Of a stretch of 64,000 nt of DNA, positions 38,606 to 52,197 are shown one piece after another. Position numbers and translations under genes: made by a program. Position 1 is the stretch's first letter. Each line of letters starts with the position of its first letter. This DNA comes from Felis catus. Lineage: Eukaryota. Below the pieces are notes generated by a model that saw nothing but the letters and a program-made list of their open reading frames with translations, made no database searches and was not told the DNA's origin. The DNA is taken from NCBI RefSeq assembly GCF_018350175.1, contig NC_058368.1:151158001-151222000 (forward strand), in the 5' to 3' direction.

Positions 38606-41600
38606 GGGAGTATTGTTTTTAGACTCATAAAACTATTTAGCAAAGTACTCTCTATAAACTCAATTTCCACAAACTTATGAATTTCCTAATCATGAACCAT
38701 CTTGTGAATGTCTAATTCAAATGAACTTAATGCATACATTTCCACTTGCCTAGATACGCAAATCACCTCATGACCAAGGCTTAAAAGAGATTCTAAATTC
38801 AAGTTCCACCATTTTTTCCCCTCAATTCAAGTCAATTCATGTGTAGTGTCCACCTACAATATGTTGGAGGCACTCTCCTAGTCATACCAGGGGACCCTAA
38901 AACGAACAAGACTCCACAGAGATTATAATTCAGAAGGAAATGAGTAGCAGAATCCATTTGCTCATTCATTTAACAAATGTCTATTAACCATATGCTGGCA
39001 GAGTCTAGATTTTGGACATACGGGCACTAAAACTCAGCATCAGCCTGAGGCATTCCTGGAAGAGGCAGTCCAGTAAGAGTTTATCAGAGAACATTGCAGG
39101 CAGCATAGCACAGCAGATAAGGTATGGAGTCTGGAGCCCAACTGAGTGCCTGCATCCCAAGGCTTGTTTAGTCAAATCCTCCTCAGTCACTCTCATGTAC
39201 GTGCACATCCTTGTTAATCCCCTTGTGTCCTCTTCTTTAGTTTCTTCAAAATTACCCTTCGGGATTTCTCTTTCTTATATGTCCCACATGTTAACTAACC
39301 ATAACTAATAAATATTTAGAATGATGTTTACTATATACCTGCACTAAGGAACAGAAAAAGTTATTTTAAAAAGAAATTATAAACTAAGAATACTTGCAGT
39401 CTTAATGCAGTAATCTTGAAACGGCAATGAATATTCTAACCATTTAAGTACCATGTTGAAAGGTCTCTCCAGGAAGGTGGTGGTGGTAAATCTGCATTTT
39501 GAAGGAACACTGCATCGGATTCTGAGGTCTCTACATAGCCAACGACATTTTCTAGCCAACCTAGAAATTGTTTTCATTATTTCCACATAAATTCCTGCTT
39601 GTTAAAGAGTGCTTTGGCTAAGCATTACTGGTTAAGGACAACGTGAACAATATAATTTAGTTTTTGTACTACCTGTATGGATTCTTACTATTTTTACAGG
39701 GGTTTTTGTGGGCTCATGTGAGAAGCTAATAACCATTAAAAAACGTTTCCATGAAAAATAAATTCTGGGTTTCCCAATATGAAAGCAGAGTTTTGGGAAG
39801 CAAATTCTTCATAAGTTGGGGATGTGACTGTATTATTGGGTGCATAGTATGCTACAGTCTATACTCAAAAGGCACGGCATTAGCGACAAGACATGACATA
39901 TTCGAGGTCTTACTTAAAGATCCAGCTCAAGTGTTTTCTCCTCTGTGAATTATTTCCAGAATCCTTATGCAGTAACAATTGAGTCTTTTATTTCCTGTGT
40001 TACCAGAAAATGTAAAACCAGCATACAAGAAAAACCAAGGACAACGTTGTTTAATGCATGAAAGTCCCTATATGAATGCAATATTCTATAGAAGAAAATG
40101 TTTGTTTTTTCACTCTCCTGAATAATATCCCAGTTAAGTTCAGAGAAGACAGAATATTACATATCCACTGCTTCTTCATCCTAAAAGATACCAGTAATTT
40201 GGAAACTAGGCTGATACAATTGCAAAGCTAGGCTGGAAGAGGAAAACTTTTTGCAGATAGATAATGACATAGATGTAAAGCTCATGGCTACAAAGGCCTC
40301 GGCTGGAAATGGTATTTAGGAAGAAGTCCAAAAATTTGAGGATTATTTTGGGTGGGAATAAATTTAGTCGGGTTCAACAAAAGATTATACTTCAGTTTTT
40401 TTGAGAACAGAACAAATGTGTGGGACACTATAACAGACACTAATACTCCCCTTACACAACTTGATCAAGTTTTCGAGTACATTCCACAATAAAGTTTTTT
40501 TTAACCTTACAGGTCTTATCATTTCATTAAATACTTTCTCCAAGAAGGAAAAAGTATAAATTTCCTTTATGTAATGGAAATAAGTTACATTTTACGGCCA
40601 ATTCAACACTCAAATAATGAATAGAAACACCAATGTAACACTATGCTGTGAAAGTAGGAAAAAAGCAGCAGTTTCTTCTACATAATGGAAATATATTGCA
40701 TTTTACAGTATATTCAACATTCTAATAATGATAAATACCAGTGAAATGAATGAAGTGCCTTCTGGTTTTCTTCCACATCCCTCAAGGCTGGAAAAAGAAC
40801 AATCCTGACACTTCTAATGTGAACAGGTGAATAAATGAATGAAACTATTACTTTGTAGGGTTTTTTTTTCCCTTTCTTCTTTCAATGGTAAAGTAGTTCT
40901 TTGGCAACCTTCTCCTAATTACTGGGAAGTCATACCTGCTGGCCACTAGGCTGGATTGGTCCATTCCTTGTTTCCTTGAACATTCCCTCCAACCCCAGAA
41001 TCATAAAGCAAAATAAATTGTGATTCGTTGTTTTTTAGGAAGTGCAAACTTTTTAATCTTAAAAAAAAATGCCATATTCCAGAGCACACCTTTCAGACAC
41101 AACTTTAGGTCACGTGTGTATGCCAATGGCAGCCTGAATGGGGTGGTCAGACTCAGTCAACAGAGTTGGCTTGCTTAGCAGAGCCCTGCAGCCATGATCT
41201 GGAAGCATCAGCCCCACCACGTGCATGACATTAAGATGATCCACAGCAATCCTGAAAGACTACATGTTAAGTAGAGCTTCCAATTTGCTGTGGTTGGCAT
41301 GACCTAATTTTGGCTTGAAAGGTACATTTTTTCCCCCTCTGGGTTTTACTGACTACACACTGGAGGAAAAAAAAATTATGTTCTTAAAGGTATTCTTGCT
41401 CTTTCCTTTCTTAAGGAAATTTAGGGAATTCAACAACTGCTGGCCTCTGGCTGATACACACACTAAAGTCTTTTTCCAGCTTCGCCTACATCTTGACCCC
41501 TCCTGCCAAATAGTTTAGACAGTCTATTTATAAAGTTGATCACTTCCCCTGTTACTTCATCTTCAGAAATGCCAATAATTTAAAAACTGGAATGATACAG

Positions 41601-41782
41601 CTGGTCTCAGAAACTGGGAAAGGGAAGATTCTACGGAAGAGATCATTTTCCTGCCGTAACTTAAGAAATCAATTTATTCTCTTCTCAATTTTATAGTTGA
41701 GGGAAATAATGCTAATGTTCCATATTTACTTTACCTTAGCATTTAATGATGATTTAAAGTTCTAAAGATTTTGAATGTTAAC

Positions 41783-41957
41783 AGTAGTCCGTAATCCTGA
41801 CTGCACATTCGAATCATTTTAAGTATTTTTTAAATACTGGTACCTGGGATCCCCATCCCAGACCAATGAAATCGTAATCATTGTAGCAGGTTACCCAGTA
41901 TTTTTTTAAAAGTTGCTCTATGAAGTCAAATGTGAAGCCAGATCTGAAACCCACAGT
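41783..41957. mobile_element. MER5-like hAT-Charlie relic
   Basis: cagtagtc..ctgactgcacattcgaatca..cccagaccaatgaaatc..aatgtgaagccag..gaaacccacag. Confidence 0.6.
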
Positions 41958-42850
41958 GTAAAATTCTTTTAGAATTTACAGATATGTTGTGCATTACAGA
42001 TATGTTGTGGTATTCTCTAATTGGAATGTACTATGTTCTTGAAGTTTACTAGTTTATCCATTTATGAGCTTCTCAGCTATATCACGGTATGAGAGAAAAA
42101 CTCATCTGGATAACGTCACTGATTCTCAGCAGGTTTGTAACCTGCAATCATAGAACACTCTGCCCTTCTGAGATAAGAGCTCTCCTGCAAAACCAACGTT
42201 GGCGACTTTCAAAGGCTTAAAATCATTCCTTTTCACCTAGATGCTGCTGAGTCTTTCCAGGGTTTCCAATTGCATTTAAAAAAATTAGTCTTACCTTATG
42301 ATATTTACTGACTTGTAAATCTCTAATAATACGCAAATTGAACTCAATGTTGTATGCTTAATTTACGCAAGGTGATAATTTTCTAACTGTATGTGTGATG
42401 TTAATGTATTATCTATTTGAGATCAAATTCAGTACATTTTATGACTTTCAAAAAGTCAAGTCCTTAGATCAAAGTTCTCATTTTGCATAACTAATTTAAT
42501 TCTCTACTCCAGTCAATGGGAAATAATATAATCAAGCAGTGCAGCCCTGTCCCTCCTCGTTCCTCCCAATATGAAATTGGGCTTGTTTCATGAAGAATCT
42601 GGTTTGCGGAGGTAATGTGGTCTTAATAGCTGGAATGAGAAGTTTGTTTATAGATTTGGAATTTTATTCCATTATATAACCAAGACCACCATCCAACCTT
42701 CCTTACATAAAACTGCATGTGTCTCACTTTACAGTAAAGCTTCTTATGAAAATAACGCAACATTTTTCTATGTAACTTATGAAACCAGAATATTTATTTT
42801 CTCACCCTGTCTTCCCTTAGTTCTGTCTTCTGACATACACAGAGAAACTG

Positions 42851-42916
42851 GTGTGTGTGTATGTGTGCATGCATGTGTGTATGTGTGTGTGTGTGCGCGT
42901 GTGTGTGTGCGTGTGT
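42851..42916. repeat. Imperfect (TG)n/(CG)n alternating purine-pyrimidine tract
   Basis: Seen directly. Confidence 0.85.
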
Positions 42917-43669
42917 TATGTCTCTTTGGCAATATAGAAAAACCAAGTCCAATTTCTTGGATTCTGTATTTCCTCCAAGGCCATGGTTTGCTGTGATTTA
43001 CATACTTATTTCCCTTCTATTAGGATACTTTTAATAGAAGTGTTTTTAAAGTACATAAGATTTTTTTCTAAGGGTATGATATCCCTGAAGTACTTTTATT
43101 TACCTACTTTTGCTTTTTCAGAATAAGGGGAAATAAAGATAAATACCACCTGAAGTTTCTTTTTTTAAATTACTTTTTGTAGAATAGTTGATACAAGTTG
43201 AGTCTCCACTATATGAAGTATCCTTGTGGTGGTACCTCACCATTGGTGCTCTTCTCCCTCATTTGTAACTTGTTTTAACATCCCTTGTCAAAACAGTGAA
43301 TTGCAGGGGAGGACATGGATCAGGCCATCCTTCCTTTCAGCTGTGTCTAGGAAATAGGGCATGAGTGGGAGTGGAGGAGGAGCAGGTCCTCCAAGTTACC
43401 TCGAGATCCGTGACAGCGAGGTTTTTCTGTCATGCCAGAGAATGGAAAGGGGATTAGCGAGGTTCTTCCTACGTCTGGTACCATCCTTGTAGCTTCATCA
43501 TCTGCTTCCAATATCAACAGAACCTAAATTCCTGGACATCACCTGGGCAGCTTCTCCAAATGGAGAGGAAAAATTGAGAATCTTTCAGGCCATATAAAAG
43601 ACCCATAAAGGTCTGTTACGCTTTGAGAGGGGAGATGAATCAAGAAAATTCCCTTTTCCAGGATATTGC

Positions 43670-43955
43670 CGGGATTTGACTCATCATTTAAGTCTCACCT
43701 TAGGTGTCCTCTCTTCTACTCAAGACTGGCCTGACCAGAGATCTCCCAATATTCCATTGAACATTCCATTACTTAAGCATCCACTTTACTTTCAACATAC
43801 CGGCAGTGTAGTGTTTATCACATTACATTCATAATTGCAGCTTGGCATGTTCATCTCCCTCATCAGACTGAATTTCTCAGGGTCAGGGACTACATCTTTC
43901 GCTTTTGTATTCCTAATACCTAGCAAGCCACCTCCCATTAAACACTTGCTGAATG
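43670..43955 (+). mobile_element. L2 3' fragment
   Basis: catcagactgaatttctcagggtcagggact..tgtattcctaatacctagca..acttgctgaatg. Confidence 0.65.
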
Positions 43956-44156
43956 CACCGGTGGAAAAATAAATTTGTAGTTGATGTGCAACGGGAAATG
44001 TTGAGAAATAGCAGTAGACATTTTATAGACAGAGTTATATGCTTATTTGTTTCTTAAACTTTCAGAATGCATGGAGTTTTATGACTAAGCTCAAGATTCA
44101 CATTTGTCTTCTTCTAAATAGTGGTTCTTACCCAGGCCTCACTTAAAATCACCCAA

Positions 44157-44378
44157 GGGCTTCTGGGTGGCGCAGACAGTTAAGTGTCCAACTCTCGGTT
44201 TCAGCTCAGGTCATGATCTTACGGTTCATTGGTTCGAGCCCGGAGTTGGGCTCTGAGCTGGCAGTGCAGTCAGATTCTCTCTCTCTCTCTCTTCTTCTCT
44301 GCCTGCCTCTCCCTCACTCACTCATTCTCTTTCTCTCTCAAAATAAATAAACTTAAAAAATAAAAAAATAATAAAAAA
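44157..44378 (+). mobile_element. Carnivore SINE
   Basis: TSD taaaatcaccc at 44144-44154 and 44379-44389. Confidence 0.9.
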
Positions 44379-44487
44379 TAAAATCACCCTGGCAGTTCTG
44401 AAAAACAGCAATGACCAAACAGCATCCCAACGTAATCCAAACCTGGAGGTGGGACCCAGGCATCAGTATTTACAAAAACATCTTCTC

Positions 44488-44654
44488 GGGGCGCCTGGGT
44501 GGCTCAGTCGGTTAGGTGCCCAACTTTGGCTCGGGTCATGATCTCATGGTTTGTGGGTTTGAGCCCCATGTTGAGCTCTGTGCTGACAGCCTGGACCATG
44601 GAGCCTGCTTCGGTTTCTGTGTCTTCCTCTCTCTCTGACCCTCCCCCACTCATG

Positions 44655-44704
<50 letters not shown>

Positions 44705-44727
44705 AATAAACATTAAAACCATTAAAA
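44488..44727 (+). mobile_element. SINEC_Fc-like SINE with (CT)n expansion
   Basis: TSD aaaaacatcttctc at 44474-44487 and 44728-44741. Confidence 0.94.
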
Positions 44728-46524
44728 AAAAACATCTTCTCAAAAGCTCAGAGGATTGAGAACTACTGTTCTAAATTAACTGTACAAGGGACAACCAATG
44801 TTTTACACCATGACTCTGCCACTTTACTATACCCAAACTCTTCCAGTTTTTGAATGGATTCTGTTTGTAAGAAATTATTAGTTGATATTAGTCCTTGGTT
44901 GATCAAAAAAAAATTAAAGGCTTTTGAAATGCAATATTAGTTATATCACAATCTTCTTCCGGAAATATTGCTAACAACCTTATGTAATTATCTTTTATAG
45001 AATTAGCCAACAGCTATGACTTCCTCCTCAGTGTTTGGGTAATGCAGGCCTTTATAGCGACTACTTGTTTCCTGTATATTTAGAACTCAAATGGATACTA
45101 AATATAAATCTGGTGTTTCATGAAGTCTTAAGAGTGTGCTTTACAGTTAGAAGGTTCCAAAGAGGGAATTCAAACAACTGTAGTCAAAATAACATTAGGA
45201 AGTAGGCATAACTAGCCTCGGTGGTTTCATTAGTAAGGCAGGAATGAACACTGAGCGTTACCAGTGGCACTTAATATTGCATAAAGCACGCAAACCTCCC
45301 CTTATCAGCGGGCACCATAAAATGACATGAAGGCTATGTATCACTGTAACCAATTAATTCCAAATTACACACCTAATTCCCAAATCTTCAAGTCACATTG
45401 CTAATGACAGCATTTTAAATACAGAAAACACAGGTTATTTTGGTGTTTGTACTGGTTTATACTGTACTCCAAATAAGCATTTGATTCTCTTTAACAGTGA
45501 AATAAAGCAGTACCAAATGTAGTTACTAAAATGCACTCGAAATTTGGCAAGGAATCTATGCCTGTAAAACTATGGTAGCTATTCATTTTGAAGTCTAAAG
45601 CATATACGTTTGGTAATTCAGAAATGTGAATCTAGTTTGACCTCTGAACAGCCTCTGTGTCCTCACATCTAGTCAAGAGCATGGTAATGCTTTTATGAAA
45701 AAAAAATAAGAAAACTGTTTAAAAAAAGTTAGTACTGTTCTTCATAGTAAAAATTGTAAAAGTGATCCCTTTTCCTTTTTCAAAATGCCTTTTACTGAAC
45801 ACAAAAATATTGTCAAAACCTCAAAGCCATGCATTACATAAATAAGCTTGGTATAACATTTCTTAGTTTTCGAATATACTGCAAGTTGTTCTAGCTTGTC
45901 AGTATTTATTTTACATCTATCTCTGATTTTGTTTTTTGTTCTCTTTTTTAACTACAAAGAAGAAATTAAAAGATGTGCTTTAATTCACATTCTCCAAAAT
46001 ACCTATCTGCACTAATTAGCTGGATAACTCCTAAAATCCATTTAAAATCCATTTATAGACTCTGTCATACACCTCACATTCTTAAATTAAAACTATACAA
46101 ATTACTATGGTTCCTGAAAGTAAAGATTAAAAATTAAAACAGCTTAAAAAGTGAGAAGCAAACTGGAGGTTGATAACGTGAAATTAGATATCCACATTAC
46201 AATTGAAAACTATTATTGTAACTGGAAAAATAGATTTTCACAAACAGGAATAAGACAATGTTTGTCAAAAGAAGATCTATCAAATGGTTGATAAAGTACC
46301 TTTTTTTTTCTCTTCCAGGTTAACAATACAAAACTATACCACAGACCGATAATTAATTCACTTCTTTTTAAAAACAGTACTAACATGTCATATAACCATA
46401 GTTTATGAACATTTCATTCTAGGATTACTGAAACCTTTCCCCCAAGATGCAATGCAAAATTAGCTTTCCATAGTTGAGTCATTTTCTTTTTCTTATCTAA
46501 CTGCTGAGATCATGTATGTGACAT

Positions 46525-46785
46525 TTTGGCTTAGTAGGTAAAAGAGTGGACTCTGGAGGCTGACTATATGGGGGAGGTTCTAGCTCTGCCATTAACAAAG
46601 TGGTAACTTGAGGCAAGCTGCTTAGTTTTTCGTTTTTTTTTTTTTTTTTGCCTTAGTTTCTTCATCTATAAAACGAGGATAGTAACAGTGCCTATCTCAT
46701 AAATGAGTTAATGTATCTAAAGCCTCAAACCCTTAGCACAGTGCCCAAATATACAATAAACTCTGAAAACATGTTAGCCGTGATC
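46525..46785 (+). mobile_element. MIR, near full length, with an internal poly-T
   Basis: gagtggactctggagg..ctagctctgcca..gccttagtttcttcatctataaaa..aaatgagttaatg..ttagcacagtgcc. Confidence 0.8.
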
Positions 46786-47432
46786 ATTACTCCCTACAAA
46801 TAGTTGTCATTAATATTACTTTCAAATTAATAATACAGCTTTTTACACATATCATAAAAGTTATTAGAATTATTAGTGATACCTTTAGTAGTGATGTGGC
46901 TAAAAGTGGAATTCCTAAGTCATAGTTGAAAGTATCAATTATATTTATAGAAGATCAGTCTTACTTCCAACCACCAAGCCAGCAGGAATTGAAAACCAAC
47001 TGGTCAACATATGTTGATGCAGATGGAAAAAGGATACAACTGTCTTTAAATTCCCTAAAGAAAGCAGAGTGGAGAGCCTTCTGGTCACTGCAGTCCAACC
47101 TATCATTACCCGTGCAGTGAAACTCTTTGATGGGTTTCTTAGTCTATGAATAATACATATTTTGGGGACAACTTCACAAAAATAATCTGTCTTTGCTCCA
47201 AAAAGACCTATGACTAAGCAAATGCAAAGAAAGCATTACCTCCCAACCACAAAGGAGGGTCGCACCCATGTCAGAAATTGAGGCAACTGGTAAAATTAAG
47301 AAAAAAAAATTTTTGTTGAGATAAATTGGCCCCATAGTTCATGTCCTAGAGAACTAGGGAAATTTTAAGTTTCAAAACCATTTTTTCTCTTAATTTTAAA
47401 AAATAAAATTAGGGAAAAAATCAGGTTCTTTT

Positions 47433-47560
47433 GTTTTTGTTTTTTTTTTCTTTTTTAAGATTTTATTTTTAAGTAATCTCTACACCCAAGGTGGGGCTAG
47501 AACCCACAACCCTGAGAACAAGAGTCACATGCTCTATTGACTGAGCAGCCAGGCGCCCCC
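47433..47560 (-). mobile_element. Short carnivore tRNA-derived SINE lacking the (CT)n region
   Basis: The minus strand reads ggggcgcctggctgctcagtcaatagagcatgtgactcttg..gtagagattacttaaaaataaaatc plus an A tail. Confidence 0.88.
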
Positions 47561-50500
47561 AGATTTCTTTGTAAGTCATCATTAAGTAAAAGAGCCTACC
47601 TTTTTAGAAGATCTGGTATTTTAAAGTATTTCACAAGGCAAACAGTATTTCCAAATAGTCTTTAAGTTCTGTGACTCTCACTAAGAGGAGCAAGTTTTTT
47701 TCATTCCTAATGAAATTCAGGATTATATTTACACTTTGAGCAATAAACAGAGGATTTTAAAGATTAGTCATTCAGGATGAGTAGAATTAAGTTTGCCCAT
47801 GGAGTTTTGTTTCAAAAAAATCTTACATACAATCAAATTGTAGCAAAAGAAAAGATTCTGGTCGTTTTCTAATCACTGTGACTTTTTTCCTAATACCACT
47901 AGATAGTTATCAGCAAGGCCAAGTCTACCATTTTGTAATACGCAACAGCAATTCTTCCCCAGCCCCACTGCTGATGGCTCTGGGAAGAGAAGAGGCTCTG
48001 ACATCCCATGGGAATTGACCAAACATTCTTTTAGTTCACCACCTGTGATTCTTGGGGTCAAGTAGCATTTTTATCCCAAGGGCAAATATTCAGAATTACC
48101 AAAACAAAACCATTCAAGTACCTAGACGAGGTAAAAAGTAAAGTTATCTGACACATAAAGTCATGGATAAATTAAAATGTTGGCAGGAACTGCAGAACTG
48201 TCCTTTATCACTCATCTTAAATATGTGTGCCCTGTTCACATTTCAAAAACATTACAAAATCAACTTATGATACATATGTATACATCGCTATATTTGAAAT
48301 ATAATGAACAAAGATTCTTCTTTCTTTAGGTTTATGAAAATTTTCTATAACAATCATTTAATACAACTCTAGAAAGACAATTTATTTAGCAATTAATCAA
48401 GAGGATGTGACAAGACAGCCAATGAGTTCCAAGTAAATTATTTTCTTGCTAAATGTGTAAAGTGTTTGCAAAAAAGTCTCTTAATTTATATTGCTTGAGT
48501 TGTCCATGTGACAATGTATCAGTTTCATACTCAGAAGATTTTCTGACAGAAAGTATGTCTTAAAATGTATTTCATAAATTTTCTTTATGCATGCAGAAAT
48601 CTAAGAACTAGTTTTCCTATATAAATACATATGATTAATGCTTAATTTGTATAAGTGATCATTCATTAATACAGCTTCTGCATTTTGATCTGTAGCTCAA
48701 GTGAATTATAACTTTGATTAAAAAATGTTTAATTCTCCTGAACTTTGAGTTGCTTTTCATATCAAAAATTATTTAAAAAATCTAAAACTATCATTTAAGT
48801 TCATTTTTAAAATATTATTCTGGGAGATATTTAAATACCATGATCTGTATACAAAAAGTAAATGTGTCCATTATGTACCTGCATGTACATATATATGCAA
48901 TATGTACTTACTACACATGTATACCTAAAATTTCAAATTCTGCTAACTTACTAAGTTCTTTATATCAGGAATGAATGCAGGTTTCCATTGCTCAGAATTG
49001 TTTTTATTTGCATAAAAGCAGAGAGATGGCTTTCTATGAAGACAATAAAAAATGAATTTTTATTTAGAATCATTAATAGGAATAGAGACGCCTTAATAAA
49101 TAAAAATTAAGTTTGGAAATATTTACCTACCATGCTTTTAGAATGATGTGAACATCTACGAAACAAAAATGTCACATTATGTTGAGATACTACAGTTTAA
49201 TGTGTCTCTGTACAGAATAAGAATTATTTGATAGTTTAACTCCTTTGGTATAATTTAATGATTTCAAAGACTTATGAAAACCAGGATTATCTATCGAGTC
49301 AAATAATTGTTATTTATGACCATACCCTAAATAATGTATCACAACATTTTTAAAATAAAGCTTGATTAGAGTAGGGAAGTAGGTTTGCTTTTAGTATAAG
49401 GTACGTATGTAATAATTTATGAAATAAATTTGGTAATTGGAAATTTGATTTTTTGTAAAAATATTTGTTTTATTTTACACATTCCAAAAAAATCTACCCT
49501 TTAATTTAAATACAATACATTCAGTTCATCATTAAAGATGTTTCTGAACTTTAGAAATTTTATTTTTAAGAAAAAGTAAATACGTGATCAAAATATGTTT
49601 GGAAGAAAGCTTTTAAGGTCTATGAGTATTATAAAAGTTTCTTAGAAATCTCTTAAAGGCTGAGTACAATAAAACTAGGGCAATGCATATATTCTCAGTT
49701 ACTCTTAAAAAAAACCTGTAAAAGTGACTATAGTGGCATGTTCTGACACATTCTTTTCATAAACCGAACCCTGTTAGTGACAGCAGAACAGATTGTGTGC
49801 ATCTGCTGGGAATGAGCCAGATGACAGTGGAAAAACGCACATGGATACCTTGGCACAGCAAATAAAAAACGGAGAAAAAAAGACCTGGAAGAGAAAGTGC
49901 TCAACTTTAATTGAAACATTCTTTCCAACATGATGAACTTCATCCAACCACCTCTTGTAGCTTGTCAATTTTACATAGAAGAATGTGTTTTGAAAGGGTC
50001 TTTTGTATGTTAGAGCTGTTTTGTCCTTTTTTAGCACTAAATATTGACTCAGGTTTTAGATTATTTCTTCAAATTATGGCAAATGTAATAAGCATTAGGG
50101 TAGAAAAAGAGGCCAAACCACTCTACCACAGTCTGGTACAAGAATGTTAAACTTCTAAAAACACTTTCAGGTTGAAGTCAAATTTTAAATATCTAGGTTA
50201 AGTTTTGAATTATGTGGGAATTACACTGCCAAGTGCTAGAGATGCCACAATTCAAATTTCTGCAAATGTGACTACTGTAAATGCTGCTGATACTCACTAG
50301 TGCTATAATATTTTATGCTGACCAACCACGGTATTGTTTAAACAGTCGGTTCAATGGCACTAGAGGTCCATCCATAAAAACAAATGTGCTTCTATAAATC
50401 ATATCAGGAAGTTCTCTTGGATGCTCTGATTACAATGAAAATTTATTCTATACAGTATACAATGCACATTTTAAACTGGAGACGAAGTTAATAGATTAGT

Positions 50501-51984
50501 AGTCTGACTGAAGCAGCTGCAGTCAAAAAAAAAAAAATCTGGTGATTAACAGCCATTTTCCAGTAATCATAACCCTGGAAAGGGCTACTAAGCAGGGGGA
50601 GGGGGTTGCAGATGGGAATAATTCTCTAAGCCCATGTGCCTTAGAGGGCTCCATCATCTTCATGCAGACTTATTATTATTATTATTATTTTTAAATTAAA
50701 GCTTTTAGAGGCATCCTTGATTGCAGTGTTGGGAGCTGTCCATGCTGTTTTACCATAGGGAAGTCCACTCTGTAAGTATTCCTTGCACTGAGCCCTCTTT
50801 AGCCCTACATTATAACAGGGCTAGAAAAGAAAGCTGAAATGCAAGGTGCACACTAGAGGGGCATTATTCAAGAGCGTGAAAATAATTTCAAGTGGTTGCA
50901 ACTCCACAGGCTCCCTAAGTGGGCAGGCCTCATCGACATTACCTGTCATCCAAAATATGAATTTCTTTCAGAAATTAAGTAAATACAAAAGCTAAACAAA
51001 AAGGTGGTAGACAGACTCTGAGACCAGAAACATTTCCATTTTCATCCACATCCAACTGAAATCTGTTTACTTGTGTTATCAAAAGGTGTAATCCTCAGGT
51101 AAAATTCTGCATTTCTCTACTACTTTATATTTCTTCTCACATGTAGAAAATTACCCAAATTATGAAAAGTTCATTTGTCCATCATCTCAAAGTTGACAAA
51201 CTGTAATTAAAATAAATGATCCCTTAAATCTGGAACAAAAAAGCATGGTAGGAATATCATTTACTTAAAAATTTTTAACTATTCAGATAAAGAATGCATT
51301 TTGTTTTTACAAATAAAGACAATTCATTAATTTATTCAACAAATGTCTACAGAACACCTATCATAGGCAAGAGTCACTGTGAAGGAATAGAAAGATGAGT
51401 AAAATGACCCTCATAAATTAATTCTATCTCCACATGCAATCAAAAATGGTTAATAAAAAAGTAAAGAATACTAATGTATCCTCCAAAAGTGGATAATACT
51501 AATAATGCTAAGAAAAAAAAAAAGTTTAGAATTCTTGGTAAGAGCATCTTTTCAATTAAAACCACCTAACAAACACTTCCTCCAAACTGAACTTCTATCA
51601 AAACTAAGCCATTATCTATCTGGAATTCAGAACTTTCAATAAGTGACTTAAAACTCACAGATAAATTATTTTGTTTCTTTGGTCCCATTTCTGGTTCTAA
51701 AAATAATATGGTATTTATTGAACATAAATATCTGTGATCTGTGAAGGGTTCTGAATTTCTTGGAGAAAAAGTATATTGTTCTTAGCAGTCATTATTAGCA
51801 TTGTCCTAACAAAGCATTGGAATGTGCTTTGCCCTGAAAGTGACCCAATTATAGTGGTATGAAAGTATTCTTGAAAAAAAAAAAAAGTTCAAAATAATGA
51901 TCCCATTAAGCATTTCTAAGTGCTCATCATTGGTAGGAAAATAAAATGATTAAAATATAGTGTAGCGCTATGATAATTCACTAA

Positions 51985-52197
51985 TTACTGATCGCTAACA
52001 TTGTGCTTTTATATGTAACATCCTGTTTAATTCTTACAACTCTAAGAAGTGGGTGGTATTATTATCCCCATTTTACAGACGCTGCAAATGAGGATTTTTG
52101 GTGGTTAAATAACCTGCCTAAAGCCACTAACAAGTAAATGGGAGGCTGGATTTTTAACTCAGTTTGGTTTTTTCTCTTAACCATTACTCTCTATTGC
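51985..52197 (-). mobile_element. MIR
   Basis: attattatccccattttacaga..ggttaaataacctgcctaaagccac. Confidence 0.75.

Larger units (their letters stand above)
44120..44768. mobile_element. MER5A-like hAT element split by two SINE insertions
   Basis: Termini agtggttct... and ...ttgagaactactg; 8-bp duplication ttctaaat at 44112-44119 and 44769-44776; interior ggtgggacccaggcatcagtattt. Confidence 0.75.

Noticed and set aside
41976..42009. 16-bp direct repeat ttacagatatgttgtg; similar short duplications near 29680, 35812 and 46032
   Set aside because: Ordinary slippage duplications with only two copies; no array structure.
20328..44759. Many ERERER / SLSLSL / MAQSVKRPT ORFs
   Set aside because: Translations of SINE bodies and their (CT)n tracts.
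45190..45420. GATA (CTTATCA) and ISL-like (CTAATG) motifs as the Mef2c anterior-heart-field enhancer
   Set aside because: The motifs are present but I could not match them to the published element; alignment is needed.
47433..47560. tRNA-like sequence
   Set aside because: A tRNA-derived SINE head with an A tail, not an intact tRNA gene.
50380..50415. acaaatgtgcttc resembling part of the remembered Mef2c-F10 FOX:ETS element
   Set aside because: The flanks do not match and the FOX:ETS core is absent; that enhancer probably lies outside this window.
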